A stretch of 64,000 nucleotides of DNA from Vicinamibacteria bacterium. GTDB lineage: Bacteria > Acidobacteriota > Vicinamibacteria > Marinacidobacterales > Marinacidobacteraceae. The position numbers and the translations under genes are program-made. The stretch covers positions 992,001-1,056,000 of the forward strand of contig OZ241322.1 in the NCBI GenBank assembly GCA_965199715.1, given 5' to 3'. Below, piece after piece: positions 19,520-28,877 of this stretch. The notes beneath the pieces were generated by a model. It saw only the letters and a program-made list of their open reading frames with translations. It was not told where the DNA came from and searched no databases. Each line of letters starts with the position of its first letter. Positions within the stretch are counted from its first letter, which is position 1.

Positions 19520-22500
19520 TCAGGCGCTGCGATCCATCAGCCGATAGACGGCCGGGATCACGAGCAGCGTCAGGAGCGTGGAGAGGAGCAGTCCGCCGAT
19601 CACGGCGACGGCCATCGGCGAGCGGAGCTCGCTTCCTTCTCCGAGTCCGAGCGCCATGGGAAAGAGGCCCAACACCGTCGTGGCGGTGGTCATCAGGATC
19701 GGGCGGAGCCGGATGCGACCCGCCTGGCGGAGCGCGTCCACCTTGGGCACGCCGCTGCGGCGGAGGCGGTTCGTGGCGTCGAGCAGGAGGATCGCGTTGT
19801 TCACCACGATCCCCGCCAGCATGATGACCCCGATCAGCACCACCACGCTCACGGTGACGTCGAGCAGCCAGAGCGCGAGCACGACCCCGACGAGCGAGAA
19901 CGGGACCGAGAAGAGGATGACGAAGGGGTGGAGCAGCGACTCGAACTGCGAGGCCATCACCAGATAGACCATGAAGATTGCGAGCAGGATCGCGAAGCGC
20001 ATGCTGTCGAAGGAGGTCTCCATCTCCTCCTGCTGGCCGCCGAGGTTCCAGTCGAACCCGGCCGGCAGCGGGATCGTCATCATGGCCGCCTCGATGTCCG
20101 CCCCCACCGACGCCATGTCGCGCCCGACGACGTTCGCGGTGATGGTGGCGACCCGCTCGCCGTCGGCGCGGCGGATCTCGGCCGGGCCGTCCACCTCCTC
20201 GACTTCGGCGACCGCCGAAAGCGGCACCGCCTGCGCCGCGCCCTCGGCGACGTTCAGGTTGCCGAGGTCGGCCACGCTGTCGCGGAAGGACTCGCCGGCC
20301 CGCAGCCGGATGTCGATGGCCCGGTCCTCACGCTGGATCTCGGTGGCCACGTCGCCGAGCACCTTGGAGCGGATGAGATTCCCGAGCTGCCCCACGTTCA
20401 GGCCAAGCGTCGCGATCCGGTCGCGGTCGAACCGGATCTGGAGCTCCGGATTCCCGCCCTCGGTGGAGGACTCGATGTCGGTGAGGCCCGGAATCTCCTC
20501 CAGCAACGCCACCGCGTCCGAAGCGATTCCGTCCAGCAGGGTCAGGTTGAACCCCCGGATCTCCAGCTCCACCGGAGTGCGGAAGCTGAAGTAGGACGGC
20601 CGGCCGAATATGTACTGACGATCCTCCTCGGCGTCGAGCACCGGGCGCAGGGTCTCCATCGCCCGGTCCTCGCGCTCTCTGTCCACAGGTGGATCGAGCA
20701 CGACCAGCAACTGGCCGATGTTCTCACGCAGCTCCCCGGCGATGCCTCCCTGCTGCCCGCTCGCCCCGATCGAGGCATAGACCGTCCGGGCTCCGGGGAG
20801 CGCGGCGGCGGCGGCTTCAAGGCGCTGCATCCGGCGGGAGTTGAGGTCGAGGTGGGAACCCGGAGGGAGTTCGGTGTCCACGAAGAACTCGCCCTGAACG
20901 AGCTCCGGCACGAGCTCGGCCCCGAGCGACGGATAGAGCAGGATCGCCCCGGCGAAGAAAGAGACGGCGACCGCGCTGACCCGGAGCGGGTGGCGCAGTG
21001 CGGAGTCGAGGACCGGCGGATACGCCCGGACGACGGCGTTGTAGCCGATGCGGAAGATGCGGCTCGGAAGCCAGAGCACGGCTTGGACGAGCATCTGCGC
21101 GCCGGTGACGACCGCGCCGAGCACGATCCAGATCCCGCCCGCCACGAGTCCGGCGACCCGGCTGATCCAGCGCCCCAGTCCGGTCCGAACCGGCTCGCGC
21201 TCGGTCTCGGAGCGCCGCTTCAGGTCGCGGGAGGCAAGCATCGGGATCAGGGTCAGCGCCACGAGCAGCGACGTCACGAGCGAGAACGTGACGGTCAGGG
21301 CCTGATCTCCGAAGAGCTGGCCGGCGACGCCCTCGATGAAAACGATCGGCAGGAAGACCGAAACCGTGGTCATCGTGCTCGCGATGACCGCCTGCCCCAC
21401 CTCGGCGGCGCCGGCGCGGGCCGCCGCCACGAGTTCCAGTCCCTCCTGCCGCTTCCGCTTGATGGCCTCCAGCACCACGATGGAGTTGTCCACGAGGAGG
21501 CCGATGCCGAGCGTGATGCCGCCGAGCGACATGATGTTCAGCGAGACGCCGAACAGGTACATCAGGAAGAACGTCCCCACGACGGAGATCGGGATGGACA
21601 CGCCGATGATGAGCGTCGAGCGCAGTTCGCCGAGGAAGAGGATCAGCACGAGGACGGCGAGGACGCCGCCGTACATGGCGGTGGTGAGCACTTCCGAGAC
21701 GGACTGGCGGATGTAGCGCGACTGGTCGGTGATGAGGATCAGCGAGAGCCCGTCGCCGACCTGCGTCATCCGCTCCGTGAGCTCCTCCACCCGGCGGTGC
21801 ACCTCGTCGGCGACAGTGACCGTGTTGGCGCCGCCTTCCTTGTAGATGGCGATCTCGACCGCCTCCTCGCCGTCGATACGGGTGATGACCTCGCGTTCGC
21901 GGGTTCCCCGGCGGATCGTGGCCACGTCCTCAAGGCGGATCGAGGTTCGCTCGGCGTCCACGACGACGTCCCGCATGTCCTCGGGGCGCTCGAACTCGTT
22001 GATCGTGCGCACGAGGTACTCGGTGCCGCCGTCCAGCAGTTGCCCCGCGGCGAGGTTCACGTTCTCCTGCGCGAGCCGGTTCACGACCGCCGAGGTCGAG
22101 AGTCCAAGACCGGCGATCCGACGCTCGTCCAGCTCGACGTGGATCTCTTCCTCAAGCCCGCCGCTGACGAGCGCGGCGGCCACGCCGTCGGCGCGTTCGA
22201 GGCTGCGCTGGATCTCCTGCTCGGCGATCAGCCGCAGCCGCACCAGGTCCTCGTCGCCGGTGAGTCCGTAGCGGAGGATCGGGTCCAGCGACGGGTCGTA
22301 GCGCAGCAGCACCGGACGGGGCGCGTCCAGCGGAAGCTGCACGATGTCGAGGCGCTCCCGCACGTCAAGGGCGGCGATGTCCATGTCCGTGCCCCAGCCG
22401 AACTCGAGGGTGACCTCGCTCCGGTCGGGACGGGAGGACGACACGACCCGCACCACGTTGTTCACCACGCCGACGGCGTTCTCGATCGGCTTGGTGATGA

Positions 22501-22684
22501 GGTTTTCGATCTCACTCGGGGCGGCGCCCTCGTAGTCGGTGCGGACGCTCAGCGACGGATAGGTGATGTCCGGCAGCAGATCCACCGCAAGGCGACCGAA
22601 CCCGACCCAGCCGAACACCACGATGGCGATGAACATCACCAGCACGGTCACCGGCCGGCGGATCGAGAAGTTGACGATGCGCAC
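19520..22684 (-). CDS. RND efflux permease (AcrB/MdtBC-like), subunit 2
   Basis: SIRRPV, GLLVDNSIVVLE, GIVVNNAILL, RLRPILMT. Confidence 0.93.
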   Translation of the reverse strand: MRIVNFSIRRPVTVLVMFIAIVVFGWVGFGRLAVDLLPDITYPSLSVRTDYEGAAPSEIENLITKPIENAVGVVNNVVRVVSSSRPDRSEVTLEFGWGTDMDIAALDVRERLDIVQLPLDAPRPVLLRYDPSLDPILRYGLTGDEDLVRLRLIAEQEIQRSLERADGVAAALVSGGLEEEIHVELDERRIAGLGLSTSAVVNRLAQENVNLAAGQLLDGGTEYLVRTINEFERPEDMRDVVVDAERTSIRLEDVATIRRGTREREVITRIDGEEAVEIAIYKEGGANTVTVADEVHRRVEELTERMTQVGDGLSLILITDQSRYIRQSVSEVLTTAMYGGVLAVLVLILFLGELRSTLIIGVSIPISVVGTFFLMYLFGVSLNIMSLGGITLGIGLLVDNSIVVLEAIKRKRQEGLELVAAARAGAAEVGQAVIASTMTTVSVFLPIVFIEGVAGQLFGDQALTVTFSLVTSLLVALTLIPMLASRDLKRRSETEREPVRTGLGRWISRVAGLVAGGIWIVLGAVVTGAQMLVQAVLWLPSRIFRIGYNAVVRAYPPVLDSALRHPLRVSAVAVSFFAGAILLYPSLGAELVPELVQGEFFVDTELPPGSHLDLNSRRMQRLEAAAAALPGARTVYASIGASGQQGGIAGELRENIGQLLVVLDPPVDREREDRAMETLRPVLDAEEDRQYIFGRPSYFSFRTPVELEIRGFNLTLLDGIASDAVALLEEIPGLTDIESSTEGGNPELQIRFDRDRIATLGLNVGQLGNLIRSKVLGDVATEIQREDRAIDIRLRAGESFRDSVADLGNLNVAEGAAQAVPLSAVAEVEEVDGPAEIRRADGERVATITANVVGRDMASVGADIEAAMMTIPLPAGFDWNLGGQQEEMETSFDSMRFAILLAIFMVYLVMASQFESLLHPFVILFSVPFSLVGVVLALWLLDVTVSVVVLIGVIMLAGIVVNNAILLLDATNRLRRSGVPKVDALRQAGRIRLRPILMTTATTVLGLFPMALGLGEGSELRSPMAVAVIGGLLLSTLLTLLVIPAVYRLMDRSA

Positions 22685-22698
22685 GGGGAGTTACGCGG

Positions 22699-24225
22699 TC
22701 AGTCGCGCGGAATCCGGGCCATGAACTCCTCGATCTGCTCGTCGGAGAGCCCGTTGCGGCGCAGCCGCTCCCGCGCCTGCTCGAGCTCCTCCTCGGAGGC
22801 GCCCTCGAGCGACTGGGGGGTGATCGCGACCCCGTCGAGCGCCCGCAGGCGGCGGGCGATCTGCTCCTCGGTCATGCCGCGCCCACGCATGCGCTCGATC
22901 TCGGCGGCACGCTCCTCGGGCGACGTCTCGCGGGGCGTTTCCGCGGGCGCGTCCGGGGCGGACTCGTCCGTGCCCCGGCGGCGTCCGCCGCCGGGCGGGC
23001 GGCCGGGAGGACCGCCGCCGGCCGCCATGGCCTCGAGGCGCTCCTCGATCTGCTCGTCGGTCATGCCCCGCTGCCGCATCCGCGCCGTGATCGCCTCCCG
23101 GCGTTCCGCCGTGAGTTCCGGGCGCGCCGGAGCCGGAGCGGGCTCGGAGGCGCCCGGCCCGGCGAGAATCTGGACCGGCGTGGCGTCGGTGAGGCCGTCC
23201 TGCCCGATGACGATGACCCGGTCGCCGGCGCTCAGGCCCTCGGTCACTTCGACCACGTCCTCGTCGTCGTAGCCGAGAGTGACGTTGCGGCGAATGGCGA
23301 CCCCGTCCTCCACGACGAACACCGCGTCGGCCAGGCTCTCCAGCGAGAGCGCCCGGCGCGGCATGATGAGCGCGTTCTCGCGCACGTCGGTCACGAGCCG
23401 CACGTTCGCGAACATGCCCGGGCTGAGGCGCTCCTGACGGTTCACCTCGAGCGTCACCCGGACGGTTCCGGTGGCCGAGTCCACGACCGGACTGACCCGC
23501 AGCACCCGCCCCTCGAACTCCCGGTCCGGATACGCCTCCACCTCGATCCGGGCGAGCTGGCCGGGTGAGACCCGGGTCAGGTCGCGCTCGGGCACGGCGA
23601 TGTTGCACAGCAGCGGATCGAAGTCCGAGAGCCGGAAGAGGCGCTGGCCGTTCGTGACCGTCTCGCCGAACTTGACGGCCCGCTCGACGATGAGCCCGTC
23701 GAACGGGGCCAGGATCCGCGTGTAGTCGTAGAGGATCTGGTTGCCCTCGAGCTGGGCCGCGGCCGAATCGAGCGTGGACTTCGCGCTGTCGTACACCTCC
23801 TGGCTGACGACTTGCTGCTCGACCGACGCCTTCGCCCGGTCGTAGGCCACCTGCGCCTGCTCGAGCGCCACCCGTGAAATCTCCAACTGGCCGCGCGCCT
23901 CGGCGTCGTCGATGAGCGCGATCAGCTCGCCGGCCCGGACCATCCGCCCCTCCTCGGTGAGGATGCGGGTGATCGGACCCCCGGTCCGGGCCACGACGTC
24001 CACCTCGCGCTCCGCCTCGAGCGCTCCGTTGGTCTCGATGAACGCCGCGATCTCGCCGGGGACGATCTCCACGACCTCCACCGGAACCGCCGCTCCGCCG
24101 CCCGGACGCGCTCCGGGCGGACCGCCGAATCCGCCCGGGGGACCGCCGGGCGCGGCGTCCTCGCCGGATCCGCACGCGGCGGCGAGCGCGGCGATGATGC
24201 TGAGAAGGGAAAGCGTGCGGGTCAT
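22699..24225 (-). CDS. RND periplasmic adaptor (MFP) lipoprotein with repeated C-terminal tail
   Basis: Lipobox LAAAC, RILAPFDG, SPVVDSATGT, LSPGMF, GLSAGDRVIV. Confidence 0.9.
   Translation of the reverse strand: MTRTLSLLSIIAALAAACGSGEDAAPGGPPGGFGGPPGARPGGGAAVPVEVVEIVPGEIAAFIETNGALEAEREVDVVARTGGPITRILTEEGRMVRAGELIALIDDAEARGQLEISRVALEQAQVAYDRAKASVEQQVVSQEVYDSAKSTLDSAAAQLEGNQILYDYTRILAPFDGLIVERAVKFGETVTNGQRLFRLSDFDPLLCNIAVPERDLTRVSPGQLARIEVEAYPDREFEGRVLRVSPVVDSATGTVRVTLEVNRQERLSPGMFANVRLVTDVRENALIMPRRALSLESLADAVFVVEDGVAIRRNVTLGYDDEDVVEVTEGLSAGDRVIVIGQDGLTDATPVQILAGPGASEPAPAPARPELTAERREAITARMRQRGMTDEQIEERLEAMAAGGGPPGRPPGGGRRRGTDESAPDAPAETPRETSPEERAAEIERMRGRGMTEEQIARRLRALDGVAITPQSLEGASEEELEQARERLRRNGLSDEQIEEFMARIPRD
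22720..23079 (-). repeat. Three imperfect ~15-aa helical repeats in the MFP tail
   Basis: MRQRGMTDEQIEERL / MRGRGMTEEQIARRL / LRRNGLSDEQIEEFM. Confidence 0.85.
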
Positions 24226-27200
24226 CGGGCGTCGGCGGGGGCGGGAACCGAAGATTCCTCGGGAATGGCCTGCGGGGCGAACGGCCAGAACAGGGTCTTG
24301 AAGTCGTCCGCCACGGCGTAGAGGGTCGGAACCAGGAGCAGCGTGAGGAAGGTCGAGGTCGGGAGCCCGCCGGCGAGTACGAGCCCGATCGGGGCCCAGT
24401 TCCCGGCGCGGCCGTCGGCGGTTCCGAAAATGCCCGGCAGGAAGTAGGGCGCGGCCAGCGGCAAGAGGCCGCAGAACGTCGTGAGCGCGGTCATCAGGAC
24501 CGGGCGGAGCCGGTGTTCGCTGCCGATCACGAGCGCCTCGTCCCGGGAGTGCCCACGCTTGCGCAGCGCGTTCACGTGGGCGATGAGGACGATGGCGTTG
24601 TTCACCACGATCCCGGCGAGCAGCACGAGGCCGAGCATTGCGGTGCTGCCGAGCGTCTCGCCGGTCAGCTTCAGGGTCAGCCCGACCCCGATGAACGAGA
24701 ACGGCACCGCGAACATGATGACGGCCGGGTGCAGGAAGCTCTCGAACAACGCCACCATGATGAGGTAGATGAGCAGGAGAGCGAACGCGAACGCGAATCC
24801 GGCGGCGGAGAAGTCGGACTGCCCCATGCGGCTCCAGCGGTCGAAGCTCCACTCGTAGCCGGGCGGCAGCGGCACGTCCGCGAGGATTTCGCGCACTTGG
24901 TCCATGAGCCGGAAGGACGCGCCCGGAGTCGAGGTGTTGGCCGAGATCGAGAGCTTGGGACGGCGATCCTCCCGCTCGATGCTACGGGCCCCCCGGGCCA
25001 GATCGAAGTCCGCCATCGCCCCGATCGGGGTCTGGACGCCGGCGGCGAACACCGGCATGGAGTCGAGCTGGGTCATCCGCTCGCGCTCCGATTCCGGGTA
25101 CTGGACGACGACGTCCACCTCCCGCTCGTCGCTCTCGATATAGCCGACGGGGCGGGAGGTGAGGGCGCTTCGCACGCTCTGGGCCACCGCGCTCGTCGCG
25201 ATCCCGGTCTGGAGCGCCCGGTCCTGATCCACCCGTACGTGGACTTCCTCGGAGCCGCTTTCGAGCGAGGTGTCCACGTCCCGCACCGAGGGCAGCGTGC
25301 GGAGCCGCTCCACGACCCGGCCGGAGACCAGCTCCAGCACCTTGGTGTCGTCGCCCTTCAGGTCGATGTTGATCCCGGTGCCGCGCCCGGGCCCCCGGCC
25401 CCGGCTCTGGGCGATCCGGAACTGGACCCCGGGAACGACGGGGAGCAGCGCCCGGATGTCGTCCGTGATCTCGGCGACCGTGCGCTCGGCCTCGGCCTCC
25501 TCTTTCAGATAGATCTCGAAGCGCCGCCCGCCGCCGCCGAAGCCGCCCCGGGAGCGCCCGCCGCTGCGCCCGTATTCGTGGAGGACGTCGGCGATCTCGA
25601 GCTCCTCACGGTGCTCGTCGATGGTCGCGGCCAGATCCTCCATGACCGTCCGCGTCTCCTCCAGCGAGTAGTTCCGGGGGACGTCCACGTTGATCGTGAC
25701 CTCGCGCTCCGGCGTGTCGGTGAACCCGGAGCGCTCGATCCCCTGATAGAGCCACCACGCCACTCCCATCAGCCCGAACGCCACCATGAGCGAGACCATA
25801 CGGCGCCGCAAGGTGGCGCGGATGAGCCGGCCGTGAAGCCGGGCGAGAAGGCGCATCGTGGCCGAATACGCCCGCTTTTCGTTGCGAAGCACCACTCCGG
25901 CGGTCATCGGCACGACGGTCAGCGCGATCAGGAGCGACGCGACGATGACGACGCTGAGCGTGAACCCGAAGTCGGTGAACAGTCGGAAGAAGCCGCCGAG
26001 CGTCGATCCGAGGAAGACGAGGGGAACGAAGACGCACATGGTCGTCGCGGCCCCGGCGACGATCGGCATGGTCACCTCCGAGGCGCCGTGGACGGCGGCC
26101 TCTCGGGCGCTCTCGCCGTGCTCGGTGTAGTGGCGCGAGATCGCGTCGATCACCACGATCGCCGGATCGGCGAGCATCCCCACCGCCACCATCAACCCAA
26201 AGAGGCTCATCACGTTGAGCGTCGTGTCCACGAAGCCCGCTTCCCGGGCCACGTACATGATCACGAAGGTCGTGATGATCGAGAGCGGGATCGCGACGGC
26301 GACGAGCGCGGTCGTGCGGGCCTTCTGGAGGAAGAGCAGCAGGATCAGCACCGCGAGGCTGCCGCCGAAGACGCCCGCGACGGCGAGCTGCGAGAGCCCG
26401 TCCCGGACGTCCACGGAGGAGTCCATGATGTAGCGGACGGCCATGCCCTCGTAGCGGGGGATCGCGGCGATGGCCTCCAGCTCGGCGCGCACGCCGTCTG
26501 CGACCTGCAGCACGTTCGCCGTGGACGACTTGTAGATGCTGAACGTCACCGACTCCTCGCCGTTGAGGAAGTCGAAGGAGCGCTGGACCGGATAGTCGAA
26601 CTGCACGTCCGCCACGTCGGAGATCCGCAGGCCGGTCATCCCGATCGGCGTGTTGCGGATGTCCTCGGGCCGCTGGAACTCGCCCACGGTCCGCACCAGC
26701 AGCTTCCGTGGCCCCTCGGTGATCGGGCCGCCGGAGACGTTCACGTTGTCCTGCGCCAGCGCGGCGGCCACGTCCCGGACATCCACGCCGAGCGCGGCCA
26801 TGCGCTGCGGGTCCATGCTGACCTGAAGCTCCCGGCGGCGGACGCCGCGCACGTCGGCGCTGGCCACGCCCTCGATCCGCTCGAGCCGCCGCTGGACCAC
26901 GTCCTCGCTGAAGGCGAAGAGGCGGTCGCGATCCCACGGAGCTCCGACGACGAAACGGACGATCGGGATGTCGGAGCTCTGGAATCGCCGGATGCGGATG
27001 CGCTCGACGTCGTCGGGGAGGAGGTGGCGGACCCGATCCACCCGGTCCCGGGCCTCCACCATCATCATGTCCATGTCCGCGGTTTCCTCGAACTCGACGC
27101 TGACGTTGCCGCTGTTGGCCCGGGCGGTGGCGCTGAGCGCGGTGATCCCCGGGATCGTGCCGAGGCTCTCCTCAAGCGGGCGGACGATGAGCCGCTCGGT

Positions 27201-27443
27201 CTCCTCGGGAGAGCTGGACTCGTAGCTCACGTCCACCCAGAGGCTGTTCGAGCCGAACGACGGCAGGAACTCGAGCGGCAGTCGCGTGAGCGACACGTAC
27301 CCGAGCACCACCAGCCCGATCGCGATCATCGAGATCGTGACCCGGCGATCCACCGCGAATCGGGCCAGCGGACTCCCGCCTCTGGCCGGAACCGGAGCGT
27401 GATCGTGCTCGTGGTCGTGAAGCTGTTGGGATGGGGAAGTCAT
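24222..27443 (-). CDS. RND efflux permease, subunit 1
   Basis: FAVDRRV, GMLADPAIVVID, GIVVNNAIVL, RLRPVLMT; His-rich N-terminus. Confidence 0.92.
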   Translation of the reverse strand: MTSPSQQLHDHEHDHAPVPARGGSPLARFAVDRRVTISMIAIGLVVLGYVSLTRLPLEFLPSFGSNSLWVDVSYESSSPEETERLIVRPLEESLGTIPGITALSATARANSGNVSVEFEETADMDMMMVEARDRVDRVRHLLPDDVERIRIRRFQSSDIPIVRFVVGAPWDRDRLFAFSEDVVQRRLERIEGVASADVRGVRRRELQVSMDPQRMAALGVDVRDVAAALAQDNVNVSGGPITEGPRKLLVRTVGEFQRPEDIRNTPIGMTGLRISDVADVQFDYPVQRSFDFLNGEESVTFSIYKSSTANVLQVADGVRAELEAIAAIPRYEGMAVRYIMDSSVDVRDGLSQLAVAGVFGGSLAVLILLLFLQKARTTALVAVAIPLSIITTFVIMYVAREAGFVDTTLNVMSLFGLMVAVGMLADPAIVVIDAISRHYTEHGESAREAAVHGASEVTMPIVAGAATTMCVFVPLVFLGSTLGGFFRLFTDFGFTLSVVIVASLLIALTVVPMTAGVVLRNEKRAYSATMRLLARLHGRLIRATLRRRMVSLMVAFGLMGVAWWLYQGIERSGFTDTPEREVTINVDVPRNYSLEETRTVMEDLAATIDEHREELEIADVLHEYGRSGGRSRGGFGGGGRRFEIYLKEEAEAERTVAEITDDIRALLPVVPGVQFRIAQSRGRGPGRGTGINIDLKGDDTKVLELVSGRVVERLRTLPSVRDVDTSLESGSEEVHVRVDQDRALQTGIATSAVAQSVRSALTSRPVGYIESDEREVDVVVQYPESERERMTQLDSMPVFAAGVQTPIGAMADFDLARGARSIEREDRRPKLSISANTSTPGASFRLMDQVREILADVPLPPGYEWSFDRWSRMGQSDFSAAGFAFAFALLLIYLIMVALFESFLHPAVIMFAVPFSFIGVGLTLKLTGETLGSTAMLGLVLLAGIVVNNAIVLIAHVNALRKRGHSRDEALVIGSEHRLRPVLMTALTTFCGLLPLAAPYFLPGIFGTADGRAGNWAPIGLVLAGGLPTSTFLTLLLVPTLYAVADDFKTLFWPFAPQAIPEESSVPAPADAR

Positions 27444-27853
27444 GGACGCTCCTCCCGTCGGGGTCCGCTCCGGCGGCCTCGGTGGCGGTGGTCGGCCTCT
27501 CGGATCATCGAGTCGAATCGTTCGCGTTGCTCCGGAGTCAGGATCTCGCGAATCTGCTCCCGGAAACGGCGGCGCAGCTCCCGGTACCGAGCGATGGACG
27601 CCTCGCGGAACTCACTGGCTTCGGAATGGTTTGTTTCCACGATTACGTGGAGCGCGGCCGTTTGTTCCTCATTCAGGCCAAGATCGGTCGCTACGCGGCG
27701 CATCATGTCCTCGGGAGCGCCCCGGCCCGGGCTTCCGCCGGGGCCGATCCGGCCGAGCAGGAAACCCGCGGAACCGCCGAGCAGGAGCAGCAGCAGCGGA
27801 ATGGCCCGCCGCCAGCGGCGATTACGGGCGGTGGAACGAGGTTCAGGGCCCAT
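27440..27853 (-). CDS. Spy/CpxP-like (LTXXQ) periplasmic protein
   Basis: TM anchor, LGLNEEQ and ILTPEQ motifs; start estimated. Confidence 0.7.
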   Translation of the reverse strand: MGPEPRSTARNRRWRRAIPLLLLLLGGSAGFLLGRIGPGGSPGRGAPEDMMRRVATDLGLNEEQTAALHVIVETNHSEASEFREASIARYRELRRRFREQIREILTPEQRERFDSMIREADHRHRGRRSGPRREERP

Positions 27854-28226
27854 TTCCAACCCCTCCGCCGAGCGCGATGTGGAGCACCGGCTCGATCTCC
27901 GCCTCCGGATCCAGCCCGGGAAGCGGCGGCGGGTCAAACGCTTCGGATTCAAGGTCGGCGATCGCCGGCGCGGCCGGCTCGGGCCACGCGAGGAAGACCG
28001 TAATGCCGATGGCGAGCAGCGTCGCCGCGGCGAGCCGGAAGCCGAGCTCGCGGAAGGTCCAACGCGAGACCGGCGACAGCTCGTCCCGGCGCTGGCGGAA
28101 GCGGGCGACGAATCCCGGGTCCGGTTCGCAGCGAACGCTCAACAGCTCGTCGATCCGCCGCATCCGTTCCCGCTCCCGGAGCGCCGCTTCCTCGGCGGGA
28201 TTGAGGTCTCGGGAGCGGGATTTCAT
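27843..28226 (-). CDS. Putative single-pass anti-sigma factor
   Basis: Directly downstream of the ECF sigma (ATGA overlap); PDPGFVARF motif then one TM. Confidence 0.6.
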   Translation of the reverse strand: MKSRSRDLNPAEEAALRERERMRRIDELLSVRCEPDPGFVARFRQRRDELSPVSRWTFRELGFRLAAATLLAIGITVFLAWPEPAAPAIADLESEAFDPPPLPGLDPEAEIEPVLHIALGGGVGNGP

Positions 28227-28792
28227 GGCGCGGTCACGAGCGCGAGCAGCTTCTTCCGGGCTCGGTGGACGCGGGTCTGGATCGTGCCCGCGGGGACTCC
28301 GGCGGCTTCGGCGATTTCACGGTACGTCATTCCGACCACCACTTTGAGAAGGAGCGGTTCGCTCTCTTCCGCCGCAAGCGAGCGCATCGCCCGGGCGAGG
28401 TCGGCGCGCTCGCGAAGCCGGTCGTCGGGGTCGGGCGAGACGACTCCGAGGCGGCGCGCCAGCCGCTCGCGCCGAGCCGCCCGGCGCAGCGCGTCGTGAG
28501 CGACGCGGACGGCGATGCGGCACAGCCACGCGGCCACCGGCCCCTCGCCCCGGAAGTCGGCGGCCCGTCGGAACGCCCGCAGGAACGTCTCCTGCGCCGC
28601 GTCCTCGGCCGAAGCGGGATCGCTGAGCACCGAGAGCGCGACGGCCCGGACCCTTGCTTCGGTGCGCCGCACGAGCTCGTCGAACGCGGCCTCGTCCCCC
28701 GAGACCCGAAATCGCTCCAGCAGCGCCCGCTCCTCGGCGTTTTCGCGGGCTCGGTCACGGGCGGGCTCCTTCCTGGAAACGGGACGGGTCAT
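28223..28792 (-). CDS. ECF RNA polymerase sigma factor
   Basis: GDEAAFDELV, AEDAAQETFLRA, AWLCRIA, GMTYREIA..GTIQTRVHRAR; start could be 28864. Confidence 0.9.
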   Translation of the reverse strand: MTRPVSRKEPARDRARENAEERALLERFRVSGDEAAFDELVRRTEARVRAVALSVLSDPASAEDAAQETFLRAFRRAADFRGEGPVAAWLCRIAVRVAHDALRRAARRERLARRLGVVSPDPDDRLRERADLARAMRSLAAEESEPLLLKVVVGMTYREIAEAAGVPAGTIQTRVHRARKKLLALVTAP

Positions 28793-28877
28793 CGCGTGGG
28801 TCGCCGGCGCGACTTCCTCAGGAGCAAGACGCGCCGGGCCCTCGGAATTGTTTTCCGGCCGCATAGAGTGCCCCGCC

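Noticed and set aside
28825-28856. ECF autoregulatory promoter GGAAAAC-N18-CGTC
   Set aside because: Spacer is longer than the usual 16-17 nt and no second copy was found to support it
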